NCBI GenBank assembly: GCA_934757845.1
Contig: CAKVLQ010000002.1
Coordinates: forward strand, 54,958 to 118,957
DNA from: an uncultured Clostridia bacterium
GTDB taxonomy: Bacteria; Bacillota; Clostridia; Christensenellales; UBA1242
Direction of reading: 5' to 3'
DNA length: 64,000 bases
Below the pieces are notes generated by a model. The model saw only the letters and a list, made by a program, of their open reading frames with translations, did not search any database and was not told the origin of the DNA. Positions 17,482 through 26,265 of this stretch are shown in pieces. Position numbers and translations under genes: made by a program. Each line of letters begins with the position of its first letter. The first letter of the stretch is position 1.

Positions 17482-18111
17482 ATGACAAAATCAAAAGAAA
17501 ATGAAATTGATAAATTAAAGTTTGAAAACGAATATTTGCAAAAAGGCTATAAATATATTTGCGGTTGTGATGAAGCGGGCAGAGGTCCGCTTGCAGGACC
17601 AGTTGTGGTTGGTGCGGTTATTATGCCACTTGAAAAAAGCAAAATTATTGAAGGCATAGACGACAGCAAAAAACTTTCCGAAAAAAAGCGGGAAGAATTA
17701 TATCAAAAAATTATCAGCACAGCCCTTGCCTTTAAAGTTTCTATAATAAGTGAAAAAGTTATTGATGAAATAAATATTTTAAACGCCACAAAAAGGGGTA
17801 TGACGGAAGCGATAACAGGTTTAAGCATAAAACCTGATTTGGCTTTAATTGATGCTGTTGGCGGGCTAAATTTGGGCATAGAAACATTGTCTATCATAAA
17901 AGGCGATTATTTAAGTTATTCCATTGGCTGTGCCAGCATTTTGGCAAAAGTTACAAGAGATAGACTTATGAAAGAATATTCAATAAAATATCCAAATTAT
18001 CATTTTGACAAGCACAAAGGTTATGGCACAAAAGAGCATATTGAATTATTAAAAAAGTTTGGGAAATGTGAAATCCACCGAGATAGTTTTATAAAAAATT
18101 TTAATGTTTAA
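17482..18111 (+). CDS. rnhB: ribonuclease HII
   Basis: CGCDEAGRGPLAGPVV, DDSKKL, HKGYGT. Confidence 0.92.
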   Translation: MTKSKENEIDKLKFENEYLQKGYKYICGCDEAGRGPLAGPVVVGAVIMPLEKSKIIEGIDDSKKLSEKKREELYQKIISTALAFKVSIISEKVIDEINILNATKRGMTEAITGLSIKPDLALIDAVGGLNLGIETLSIIKGDYLSYSIGCASILAKVTRDRLMKEYSIKYPNYHFDKHKGYGTKEHIELLKKFGKCEIHRDSFIKNFNV

Positions 18112-18151
18112 TTTAGTTGACACAAAATTTTTTTAATTTTAAAATATTGTT

Positions 18152-18496
18152 ATGAACACAAAGGTTTTGGGAACCAAAGGCGAAACTCTTGCCGAAAAAT
18201 TTTTGCAAAAGAAAGGATATAAAATTTTGCAAAAAAATTATAAAAATTTTATTGGCGAAATTGACATTATTTGCTTTGACAAAAAAAATAACGAAACAAT
18301 TTTTGTTGAAGTTAAAACTCGGCAAAGTGCAAGGTATGGGCAACCCTGTGAGGCGGTTAATTATTTTAAACAACAAAAAATCTATAAAACAGCCACAGTC
18401 TATTTAAAGAAAAAACACCTTTTAGATGAAAAATTCCGCTTTGATGTTATAGAAATTTTGGGTGATGATATAAATCATATTGAATATGCTTTTTGA
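18152..18496 (+). CDS. yraN: YraN-family endonuclease (UPF0102)
   Basis: GETLAEKFLQKKGYKIL..GEIDII..VEVK. Conserved position after rnhB. Confidence 0.8.
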   Translation: MNTKVLGTKGETLAEKFLQKKGYKILQKNYKNFIGEIDIICFDKKNNETIFVEVKTRQSARYGQPCEAVNYFKQQKIYKTATVYLKKKHLLDEKFRFDVIEILGDDINHIEYAF

Positions 18497-18608
18497 TTAA
18501 ATTGTTAAAAAGTTATAAAATAATAACTAAATTAGTTTTTATTAAATTTTTAAATTTAAAAATTTGTAACAAACTAATTAAAAAATCACAAAAATTTAAG
18601 GAGAAAAA

Positions 18609-19244
18609 ATGAAGGTATCGGTTTCAAGTTTGCCATATAATGAAAATATATTTGAAAATCTTGCACAAATAATTTCAAGTGGTGCAGACTTTTTGCATCT
18701 TGACATAATGGACGGAAGTTTAACAGATTTTGTTACTTTTGATAGCAAAACAGTAAAGCAAATAAATGATAATTCAACTTTTGTTTTAGATTGCCACTTA
18801 ATGGCAAATGAGCCAAAAGAACTTGTGAAAGATTATGTTCAAAGCGGGGTTAATATTTTGAGTGTTCACTATGAAGCATTCAAAAATATTGAAGATTTGA
18901 TAAGCACCCTTTCATATTTAAAAGAGCAAAAAGTGATTGTTGGGCTTGCTATATATCCACAAACAAAACTTGAAAAGATAAAGCCACTTGAAAATTTGTT
19001 TGACCTTGTTTTGATTATGAGCGTAGAAATTGGAAAGTATGGACAAAGTTTTTTAGATGGAATGCTTGATAAAATAGTGCTTGCAAAAAAGATGTTTGAA
19101 AACAAACTTATTGAAGTTGACGGCGGAGTGAACACCGAAAATTGTGAATTAATAAAACAAGCAGGTGCTGATATTGTGGTTGTTGGCGGGGCGTATTATA
19201 AGTCTAACAACAAGGCGGAAACAATTTTAAAAATTAAACAATAA
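18609..19244 (+). CDS. rpe: ribulose-phosphate 3-epimerase (divergent)
   Basis: HLDIMDG, LDCHLM, SVHYEA, MSVEIGKYGQSF, EVDGGVN. Synteny with rpmB/yloU/yloV. Confidence 0.8.
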   Translation: MKVSVSSLPYNENIFENLAQIISSGADFLHLDIMDGSLTDFVTFDSKTVKQINDNSTFVLDCHLMANEPKELVKDYVQSGVNILSVHYEAFKNIEDLISTLSYLKEQKVIVGLAIYPQTKLEKIKPLENLFDLVLIMSVEIGKYGQSFLDGMLDKIVLAKKMFENKLIEVDGGVNTENCELIKQAGADIVVVGGAYYKSNNKAETILKIKQ

Positions 19245-19304
19245 TTTTTGTTTAATAACCAAAACAAAATTAATTTCATATCATATTTTAATGGAGGATA
19301 TAAT

Positions 19305-19382
19305 ATGATTATTTGCATAAAAGCACCAAAATTTTTAGTTCCACTTTTAAAACTTATTTTTAGGAAACAATTAAAGCAATAA
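19305..19382 (+). CDS. candidate 25-aa hydrophobic/basic micro-protein
   Basis: GGAGGA RBS 7 nt before the ATG. Peptide MIICIKAPKFLVPLLKLIFRKQLKQ, followed by a terminator. Below the ORF-track length cutoff. Confidence 0.25.
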   Translation: MIICIKAPKFLVPLLKLIFRKQLKQ

Positions 19383-19416
19383 CTATTACATAAAGTTTAT
19401 AAAAATTGTTGGGCAT

Positions 19417-19447
19417 AAAAAAACGAGCAAAATTGCTCGTTATTTTT
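19417..19447. terminator. bidirectional intrinsic terminator (rpmB and upstream + strand)
   Basis: Stem ACGAGCA/TGCTCGT flanked by an A-run and a T-run. Confidence 0.7.
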
Positions 19448-19456
19448 ATTTTAAAA

Positions 19457-19636
19457 TTAGTCTTTCAAAGTTTTTAAACATTTTGTGCAAACATATTCAC
19501 TTTTTGTAGTTCCGTCAATTTCAACTTTAACTTTTTGAACATTAGCGTTATAGTGTTTGTTTGTTTTAATGTTTGAGTGACTAACCATGTTACCTTTCAT
19601 TTTGCCTTTTCCGCAAATGCTACAAACTCTGCTCAT
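19457..19636 (-). CDS. rpmB: 50S ribosomal protein L28
   Basis: Not in the ORF track (59 aa). Hand translation: MSRVCSICGKGKMKGNMVSHSNIKTNKHYNANVQKVKVEIDGTTKSEYVCTKCLKTLKD. AAGGAG RBS. Conserved position before yloU. Confidence 0.9.
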   Translation of the reverse strand: MSRVCSICGKGKMKGNMVSHSNIKTNKHYNANVQKVKVEIDGTTKSEYVCTKCLKTLKD

Positions 19637-19834
19637 ATATAAACTCCTTTAATAGATTATCAAATTAAACTTTGATATTTTAGCACATTAAAAAGAATTT
19701 TGCAAGTGTTTTTATAAATTTCAAAAAATATTTGAAAAATTATTGCAATTAATAAAAAAATTGTGTAATATATTTATGTTACTAAAATAAATTGGTAATA
19801 ATTAAGAATAAAAAATTTATTAAGTGGAGTAAAT

Positions 19835-20185
19835 ATGCCTGTTAACACAACAAATTCTTATGGCAAAATTTCAATCACAGAAGAAGCAATAGAAAGCGTA
19901 TGTAGCAAAGTTGCTCTTGATTGTTATGGTGTTGTTGACCTTGTCGCTAAAAAGTTTAGCGATAATTTGCATGAACTTTTTAAGAAAAAAAGTTCAAATA
20001 AGGGTGTTAAAGTTATAACAGTAGACAACAAAATTTACATCGACTTATATGTTATTTTAAAATATGGCGTTTCAATAAACGCAGTTGCTGAATCTTTAAA
20101 AAGCACAATAAAATATTCTATTGAAAAATTCACTGGCATGATAGTTGACAGTGTAAATGTGAATGTTTTGGGTGTTAGGGTTTAG
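19835..20185 (+). CDS. yloU: Asp23/Gls24-family protein
   Basis: YGKISITEEAIESVCSKVALDCYGV and conserved pairing with yloV. Confidence 0.85.
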   Translation: MPVNTTNSYGKISITEEAIESVCSKVALDCYGVVDLVAKKFSDNLHELFKKKSSNKGVKVITVDNKIYIDLYVILKYGVSINAVAESLKSTIKYSIEKFTGMIVDSVNVNVLGVRV

Positions 20186-20223
20186 CATTTTTTTGTTGAA
20201 TTAATAGGGGGAATTTTGCTAAA

Positions 20224-21855
20224 ATGCAAAAAAATATAAATGGTGCCACATTCAGAAAAATGATAATAGCGGGTGGCAAAGTATTAGAAGAAAATCGAAG
20301 TTATGTTGATAGTTTAAATGTTTTTCCAGTTCCAGATGGCGATACAGGAACAAACATGAGTTTAACCTTAAACAGTGCAGTAAAAGAAGTAAATATGTGT
20401 CCAAACAATAATCTTGACAGTTTGTGTGAGGCTGTTCAAAAGGGGGCTTTAAGAGGTGCAAGAGGAAATAGTGGAGTTATTTTATCACAAATATTAAAAG
20501 GAATTTGCACGGTTTTGTGCACCGAAAAAGAAATTGACATAAAAAACTTTGCTCGCGCAATAAACAGCGGTGCAGAAGTTGCCTATAATGCGGTTACAAA
20601 ACCAAAAGAAGGCACAATTTTAACAGTTATTCGAATGATGAGTGAAGCCGCAACAAGGCTTTCAAAAAAAGCAAACTCTTTTGAAGAATTTTTGAAAGGT
20701 GTTATAGACGAAGGCGAACAGGCTCTTCAAATGACGCCAGAACTTTTGCCAGTTTTGAAAAAAGCAGGAGTTGTTGACAGTGGCGGTCAAGGATTAATGA
20801 TAATCTTTAATGGCTTTTATAAACTTTTAACAGGGGACGAAACTGTTGAAGTTAAAATGGCAGAAACCGTTGTTCCTGTTATAAAAAGCAATGCCGAAGT
20901 TAATTTGATGGACCTTGCCGACATAGAATTTGCTTATTGCACCGAATTTATGGTTATTCAAATGCACAAAAAAACCACAGTAAGCGATATTGACAGGCTT
21001 CGTGAAAAACTTATGGAAATTGGCGATTCTGTTATTTGTATTGGCGATTTAAGTTTGGTTAAAGTTCATGTTCACACAAATGAACCAAACAAAGCACTTG
21101 GCTATGGGTTAGAACTTGGCGAATTATTTAATTTGAAAATTGAAAATATGCTTGAAGAAAACAGGGAACTTAAAAAACAAAAAGCCCTTGAAGAAATGAA
21201 AGAATATGGTTTAATTTCAGTATGTGCGGGCGATGGACTTGTTTCAATATTTAAAGATGTTGGCGTAGACTATGTTCTGGAAGGCGGTCAAACAATGAAT
21301 CCGTCTGCTGATGATATTTTGAAAGGTGTTGACCAAATTAATGCAAAAAATATTTTTGTTTTGCCAAACAACAAAAATATTATCCTTGCTTGTGAACAAG
21401 CAAAACAACTTACAAACAAAAATTTGATTGTAATCCCTTCAAAAAACATTCCAGAAGGAATGAGTGCTTGTTTGTCGTTTAATCCAGAAGCATCGGTTGA
21501 AGAAAATCTTGGTGCAATGACTGATAGTTTGCAAACTGTAAAATCTGCAAGCGTAACTTATGCTGTAAGAAACACAAATGTTGACGGAATAAGCATTCAA
21601 AAAGGCGATATTATTGGCTTAACCGATAGCAGTATTTTAACAAAAGGCAAAGGAATTGACGAAACTGTTATTAGTTTGCTTGAAAAAATGATTAATGACG
21701 ATGTTATTAATATTTCGTTATTTTATGGCGAAGAAGTTGGCGAACAAGATGCACTAAAACTTCAAGAAAAACTATTTGAAATTTATCCTGAAAAGGAAAT
21801 TAGCGTTCTTTGTGGCGGTCAACCAGTTTATTATTATTTAATTAGTTTGGAATAA
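20224..21855 (+). CDS. yloV: DAK2-domain fusion protein YloV
   Basis: PVPDGDTGTNM and GARGNSGVILSQ, plus a DegV-like C-terminal half. Confidence 0.9.
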   Translation: MQKNINGATFRKMIIAGGKVLEENRSYVDSLNVFPVPDGDTGTNMSLTLNSAVKEVNMCPNNNLDSLCEAVQKGALRGARGNSGVILSQILKGICTVLCTEKEIDIKNFARAINSGAEVAYNAVTKPKEGTILTVIRMMSEAATRLSKKANSFEEFLKGVIDEGEQALQMTPELLPVLKKAGVVDSGGQGLMIIFNGFYKLLTGDETVEVKMAETVVPVIKSNAEVNLMDLADIEFAYCTEFMVIQMHKKTTVSDIDRLREKLMEIGDSVICIGDLSLVKVHVHTNEPNKALGYGLELGELFNLKIENMLEENRELKKQKALEEMKEYGLISVCAGDGLVSIFKDVGVDYVLEGGQTMNPSADDILKGVDQINAKNIFVLPNNKNIILACEQAKQLTNKNLIVIPSKNIPEGMSACLSFNPEASVEENLGAMTDSLQTVKSASVTYAVRNTNVDGISIQKGDIIGLTDSSILTKGKGIDETVISLLEKMINDDVINISLFYGEEVGEQDALKLQEKLFEIYPEKEISVLCGGQPVYYYLISLE

Positions 21856-21866
21856 TATTATTCAAC

Positions 21867-21896
21867 AAAAAAAGTTATCAAATGATAACTTTTTTT
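21867..21896. terminator. intrinsic terminator after yloV
   Basis: AAAAAAAGTTATC-AAAT-GATAACTTTTTTT. Confidence 0.7.
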
Positions 21897-21897
21897 A

Positions 21898-21922
21898 AAA
21901 TATTCGCTTATAACGAATATTT
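21898..21922. promoter_or_regulatory. perfect 9-7-9 inverted repeat, candidate operator
   Basis: AAATATTCG-CTTATAA-CGAATATTT, located 88 nt upstream of the HTH-like gene at 22010. Confidence 0.35.
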
Positions 21923-22009
21923 CTGCAAATTTTTTAAATTTTATAACTTTTTAGCGAACATTTTTTTTATTTTTTATGTTAATCTTTTTGATGTAAAGGA
22001 GAAATTAAA

Positions 22010-22330
22010 ATGAAAAATAAAATTTTGGAGCAAATTGATAATATTGTTGAAAGGATTTATTATTTCCAAAATCAAAAAAACAAAAGTTTAAAAACTTTGA
22101 GTTTGAAAATAAAAATGGACGAAAATATTAAAGATTTGAAAAATAATTTTGGGAATTTACCTTTAAAGGGGTTTTTAAAAATTTTAAAGAGTTTAAATAT
22201 TTCACTTGAAAAATTTTTTTCGACTGATTATCAGCATTACGATAAAAATATTGAGTTATTAAATTTAATTTGTAATCTTAATGATGAAATGAAAAATGCA
22301 GTTATTTCTGTTATCCACAATATGAAATAA
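22010..22330 (+). CDS. divergent XRE-like HTH protein
   Basis: AAAGGAG RBS. The segment LKGFLKILKSLNISLEKFFSTD resembles the IIRALGITVSKFFDS segment of the 29-30 kb HTH array. Confidence 0.45.
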   Translation: MKNKILEQIDNIVERIYYFQNQKNKSLKTLSLKIKMDENIKDLKNNFGNLPLKGFLKILKSLNISLEKFFSTDYQHYDKNIELLNLICNLNDEMKNAVISVIHNMK

Positions 22331-22377
22331 GCATAAATAAAAAGAGAAAGTTTTATAACCTTCTCTTTTTTTGAAAA

Positions 22378-22569
22378 CTATTTACTATTTCTGCTTCGTG
22401 TAGAACTTGATTTTGCACGAGTTGAAGTTGTTTTGCTTCTTTTTCCTGCACTTCTTGAAGTTTCTACTTGATTAGATTTAGTAGCACTTTTGCTTCTTCC
22501 GCATTTTCCGCAATTATTTGAGCAGTTAGAGCAATTTTGAGTTGTGCTTTCACTTTTCTTTCTCATCAT
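22378..22569 (-). CDS. small basic Ser/Thr/Arg/Lys-rich protein with a CX2CX3CX2C cluster
   Basis: AGGAGGTG RBS before ATGATG at 22569. Sequence MMRKKSESTTQNCSNCSNNCGKCGRSKS..., 63 aa. No family recognised. Confidence 0.5.
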   Translation of the reverse strand: MMRKKSESTTQNCSNCSNNCGKCGRSKSATKSNQVETSRSAGKRSKTTSTRAKSSSTRSRNSK

Positions 22570-22896
22570 AATAGTTTTCACCTCCTATAAATTGTAAAGT
22601 TTTTTCTTTACAATTATAGTTTGAGTTTTTATGTTTATTTTTATTATAATTTTTTTTGGAAATATTTGGGCATATTTTTTAGGTTGAATAAATGGAGTGT
22701 AAACTGTTTTATAAAAAATCTTAATCATTTTTTTGTCAAAAATTTTATGTTTTTTTATGCTAAAAATTTAAGCATATTGTTAATTATAACAGTAAAAAAT
22801 AGAGTTTTTTTGCTGTTTTTTATTATTTTTTTGGTTGATTTTATGCTGTTTTTTTGCCCATTTTTTAATGTTTTTTAACTTTATTTTTAAAAATTC

Positions 22897-22912
22897 ATGC
22901 ATAATTATGCAT
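22897..22912. promoter_or_regulatory. perfect 16-bp palindrome ATGCATAATTATGCAT upstream of feoAB
   Basis: Self-complementary as read. Lies 96 nt upstream of the feoA ATG. Candidate metalloregulator operator. Confidence 0.35.
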
Positions 22913-23007
22913 TATTTTTTCAAAAAACTTTTCAAAAAAAATTGATATTTTTGACCTAAAATTACAAATTTTTACATATTTTTTGAACTTTAAAAATATA
23001 ATTTATC

Positions 23008-23262
23008 ATGCAAGAAAAAAATGTTGATTTGATAAATTTAAAAAGCGGTGAAGCGGGATATATAACAAAAATAGGTGGAAGTTTGAAATTAAAAAATCGG
23101 CTTATGGAACTTGGTTTTGTTAAGGGGACACTGATTAGAGTTTTGAATATTTCAAGCCTAAAACAAAGTTTTTTAATTGAAATTAGGGGCTATATTTTGG
23201 CTTTAAGAGCGTCATGCGTTAGGCTAATTCAAGTTATTCCGTCAAAAGAAAGAAATGGTTAA
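23008..23262 (+). CDS. feoA: ferrous iron transport protein A
   Basis: Small SH3-like FeoA (LKSGEAGYITKI..RLMELGFVKGT) directly upstream of feoB. Confidence 0.8.
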   Translation: MQEKNVDLINLKSGEAGYITKIGGSLKLKNRLMELGFVKGTLIRVLNISSLKQSFLIEIRGYILALRASCVRLIQVIPSKERNG

Positions 23263-23365
23263 ACATTTTTGTTTCAACAAAATTTAATTAACAAATAAAC
23301 TTAAAATGGGCAAAAATTTGATTTTTGAATTTTGCCAGTAATATTTATTTTAAAAGGAAAGAACT

Positions 23366-25471
23366 ATGAAACACATTTTGTGTGGCAACCCAAATGTTGG
23401 AAAAACAACTTTTTTAAACAGCCTAACAGGGGCAAACGAACACGTTGGTAATTGGCACGGCGTAACGGTAGATTTTTTGGAGAAAAAATATAAAATTAAT
23501 AATGAAGAAAATGTGATAGTAGACCTTCCAGGACTTTATTCACTTTGTCCTTATTCGTTTGAAGAAGAAATTGCTCGAGATTATATTTTAAATCATAATG
23601 ATGACATTATTAACCTTGTTGATGCCAACAATTTGGCTCGAAATTTGTATCTTTCATTAAATCTTTTGGAATGCGGAAAAAATATTAAAATTTGCCTAAA
23701 CTTTGCAAATGAACTTAAAAAAACAAAAACTGAAATTGATACAAAAAAATTGTCAAAACTTCTTGGGACGGGCGTTCAACTTTTTGATGCCACAAAGAAA
23801 ACAGAAACAATTTCTCTTCTTGACAAAAATTTTTATAATCATTTTGAAGCCCCTTTCTATAAAGATTTGCCAATAAATAAGGTTTATGAAATTATAAAAA
23901 ACAACCTTAAAAATGTTGAAAATTTGAAAACAGACTATGTTTGTGTTAAGGTGATGGAGCAAGACGATTACATTTTGAATTTGTTAAAATTATCACCAAA
24001 TCAAATTCAAAAACTAAAAGAATTTGACCTTAAAGATAAGATTGTAGAGTTAAGATTTGCTTTTATTGAAAATGTTATAAAACAATGCGTAACAAAAAAG
24101 AGTAATAAAATTTATGGCTATAACTTTTTGGACAAAATTGTTTTGAACAAGTTTTTGGCTTTGCCAATTTTTGCAATAATTATGTTTGCAATTTTTTATT
24201 TAACTTTTTCTAGCCTTGGACCTATGCTTTCAGATGCAATAACAAATTTTATTGACAGGTTTATTAATGCACCGATTTTAAATCTTCTTTCAAAAATCAC
24301 AACAAGCACTTTTGTTTTAAGTTTTTTTGAAAATGGTGTTTTAACGGTGTTTAACACCCTTGCAAGTTTTTTGCCACAAATTGTTTTGCTGTTTTTGTTC
24401 TTGTCAGTTTTGGAAGACACTGGGTATATTTCAAGGCTTGCTTTTGTGTTTGAAGACATTTTTTGCAAAGTCGGGCTTAACGGAAAAAGTGTTTTTACAC
24501 TTTTGATGGGATTTGGTTGCTCAACAACCGCAGCACTCACCAGCAGAACGCTAGAAGATAGAAACAGTCAAATTAAAGCAACAATTTTGTGCGGTTACAC
24601 TTCATGCACGGCAAAAATTCCGTTATATTCGGTTATACTTGGAGCGTTTTTTAATAACAATATTTTTATAATCTTCTTCTTATATCTTTTGGGCACAATG
24701 GTTGCTCTTTGCGTTAGTATGATACTTGAAAGAACAAAACTAAAAAGCAAAGAAACAAGTTTTATTATGGAACTTCCAGCATATAGATTTCCAAGTTTTA
24801 AGCGTATTTTTAAAGTGATTTGGTTTAATATCGTTGACTTTTTAAAGCGTGTTAGTGGAGTTTTGTTTGTGTTTTCAATAATCATTTGGCTACTTCAAAA
24901 TGTGGGCACAGATTTTAGATTTATAACATCTTCAAATCAAACAAGCCTACTTGATTTTATTGGAAAAATTTTATCGCCAATTTTTGTTCCGCTTGGCTTT
25001 GGAACAAGTGGTTGCACGGCGGCTCTTATTTGCGGTGTTATTGCAAAAGAAGTTATTGTTTCAACAATGGCAATAATTAACAGTGTTGACATAAATCTTG
25101 GCGTAGAAAATTTGAGCAAATCATTTTTAAATCCGTCAAGCCCTATAAACTTCACACCAATTTCAGCATTCAGTTACTTGATATTTTCGCTTTTATATCT
25201 TCCTTGCATTGCAACAATCAGTGTTTACTTTAAAGAAATTGGGAAGAAATGGACATTTGTGGCTTTAATCATACAATTTGCTTTTGCCTACATTATAACA
25301 TTTGTTTTTTACAGAATGTTGCTTGCTTTTAATGGACTAAACTTTGTTTCTATTTTGCTTTCATTAATCATAATATCGTTAATTGTGTGTGCAATTTTGT
25401 TTGTAATAAAACTTTTCAAAAAGCCAAAAGTTTGTTGCTTTGTTTGTTCTAAATGCAAAAAATGCAAATAG
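23366..25471 (+). CDS. feoB: ferrous iron transporter FeoB with a Cys-rich C-terminal tail
   Basis: G-domain motifs GNPNVGKTT and DLPG, a polytopic membrane domain, and the tail KVCCFVCSKCKKCK. Confidence 0.92.
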   Translation: MKHILCGNPNVGKTTFLNSLTGANEHVGNWHGVTVDFLEKKYKINNEENVIVDLPGLYSLCPYSFEEEIARDYILNHNDDIINLVDANNLARNLYLSLNLLECGKNIKICLNFANELKKTKTEIDTKKLSKLLGTGVQLFDATKKTETISLLDKNFYNHFEAPFYKDLPINKVYEIIKNNLKNVENLKTDYVCVKVMEQDDYILNLLKLSPNQIQKLKEFDLKDKIVELRFAFIENVIKQCVTKKSNKIYGYNFLDKIVLNKFLALPIFAIIMFAIFYLTFSSLGPMLSDAITNFIDRFINAPILNLLSKITTSTFVLSFFENGVLTVFNTLASFLPQIVLLFLFLSVLEDTGYISRLAFVFEDIFCKVGLNGKSVFTLLMGFGCSTTAALTSRTLEDRNSQIKATILCGYTSCTAKIPLYSVILGAFFNNNIFIIFFLYLLGTMVALCVSMILERTKLKSKETSFIMELPAYRFPSFKRIFKVIWFNIVDFLKRVSGVLFVFSIIIWLLQNVGTDFRFITSSNQTSLLDFIGKILSPIFVPLGFGTSGCTAALICGVIAKEVIVSTMAIINSVDINLGVENLSKSFLNPSSPINFTPISAFSYLIFSLLYLPCIATISVYFKEIGKKWTFVALIIQFAFAYIITFVFYRMLLAFNGLNFVSILLSLIIISLIVCAILFVIKLFKKPKVCCFVCSKCKKCK

Positions 25472-25584
25472 AAATAAAACAATTTAAACAAAAATTTATA
25501 AAAAAGCAAAATGATTTTAAAAATAAAAAAACACATAAAATATAGACAAAATAATAATTATAAAAATCAATAAATCTAAAATAT

Positions 25585-25614
25585 AAAAAAAGCAACAAAT
25601 TTGTTGCTTTTTTT
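25585..25614. terminator. bidirectional terminator between feoB and the 25679 gene
   Basis: AAAAAAAGCAACAAATTTGTTGCTTTTTTT. Confidence 0.7.
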
Positions 25615-25678
25615 AAACACAAGTTAAAGTTTAAATTATATTTTAATAAGATAATTAATTTTTACAATTTTAAAAATT

Positions 25679-25996
25679 TTATAAAGTTTTTTCCATGTCT
25701 TTGTCATGCTTTTTTTGGCAAGATAAATATTCTTTTCCAAATTTTTCACTCAAAAAACCAAACCATCTTTTTTGCATACCTTTTGTTAATTTGTCATTAA
25801 AAAATTGACTTTTTTCAAGGGCGATACATTCAAAATCTTTAAGCAAAAATTTTGGGTGATTATTTTTTTGTGTTATAAAATCTATTGAAATAACGGGGAA
25901 TAATTCTTTGCCTGATTTTTTAAAGCCTTTAATGTGGCAATTATAAATTTCTGCAAACATATCAAGTTCATCTTTTTTAACTCTTTCAACGAACAT
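25679..25996 (-). CDS. hypothetical protein
   Basis: 105-aa ORF with an AGGAG RBS. No motif recognised. Confidence 0.5.
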   Translation of the reverse strand: MFVERVKKDELDMFAEIYNCHIKGFKKSGKELFPVISIDFITQKNNHPKFLLKDFECIALEKSQFFNDKLTKGMQKRWFGFLSEKFGKEYLSCQKKHDKDMEKTL

Positions 25997-26265
25997 AAAA
26001 ACTCCTAAAATAAAATTAATTTAAAACTTCTATAAAATTATTTTAAAATTCCTAAAATAAAATTAACTTATATAATTATAAATAAAAAAAACAATTAAGT
26101 CAAGGTTTATATTTTAAATTGGACTTTCTGTGATGAATAAGCATCATAATTGGCAACCGACTAAATATGCAATAAAATGAATAAATATAAATTTGAGTAA
26201 AAATAATCAGTTATCAACAAAAATTTGACAAACACAAAAAAATATTCAAATTCATAAACTAGAAT

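Noticed and set aside
19660-19760. Several AT-only inverted repeats (TATCAAA..TTTGATA, TTTCAAA..TTTGAAA) between rpmB and yloU.
   Set aside because: Seven-bp A/T palindromes are expected by chance at this base composition, and no supporting context was found.
22621-22878. 85-aa ORF in the feoA upstream spacer.
   Set aside because: It is a translation of T-tracts (Phe-rich) with no RBS and starts at TTG. The region looks like promoter and spacer DNA.
22897-22912. Calling the feoA palindrome a Fur box.
   Set aside because: It is palindromic and AT-rich, but the half-sites (ATGCATAA) do not match the TGATAAT half-site consensus. It is reported only as an unassigned operator candidate.
26001-26066. 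Direct repeat TCCTAAAATAAAATTAA x2 (48-nt offset) upstream of the 25679 gene.
   Set aside because: It is short and extremely AT-rich. The first copy is simply the RBS region of the minus-strand gene. It is likely a local duplication of no demonstrable function.
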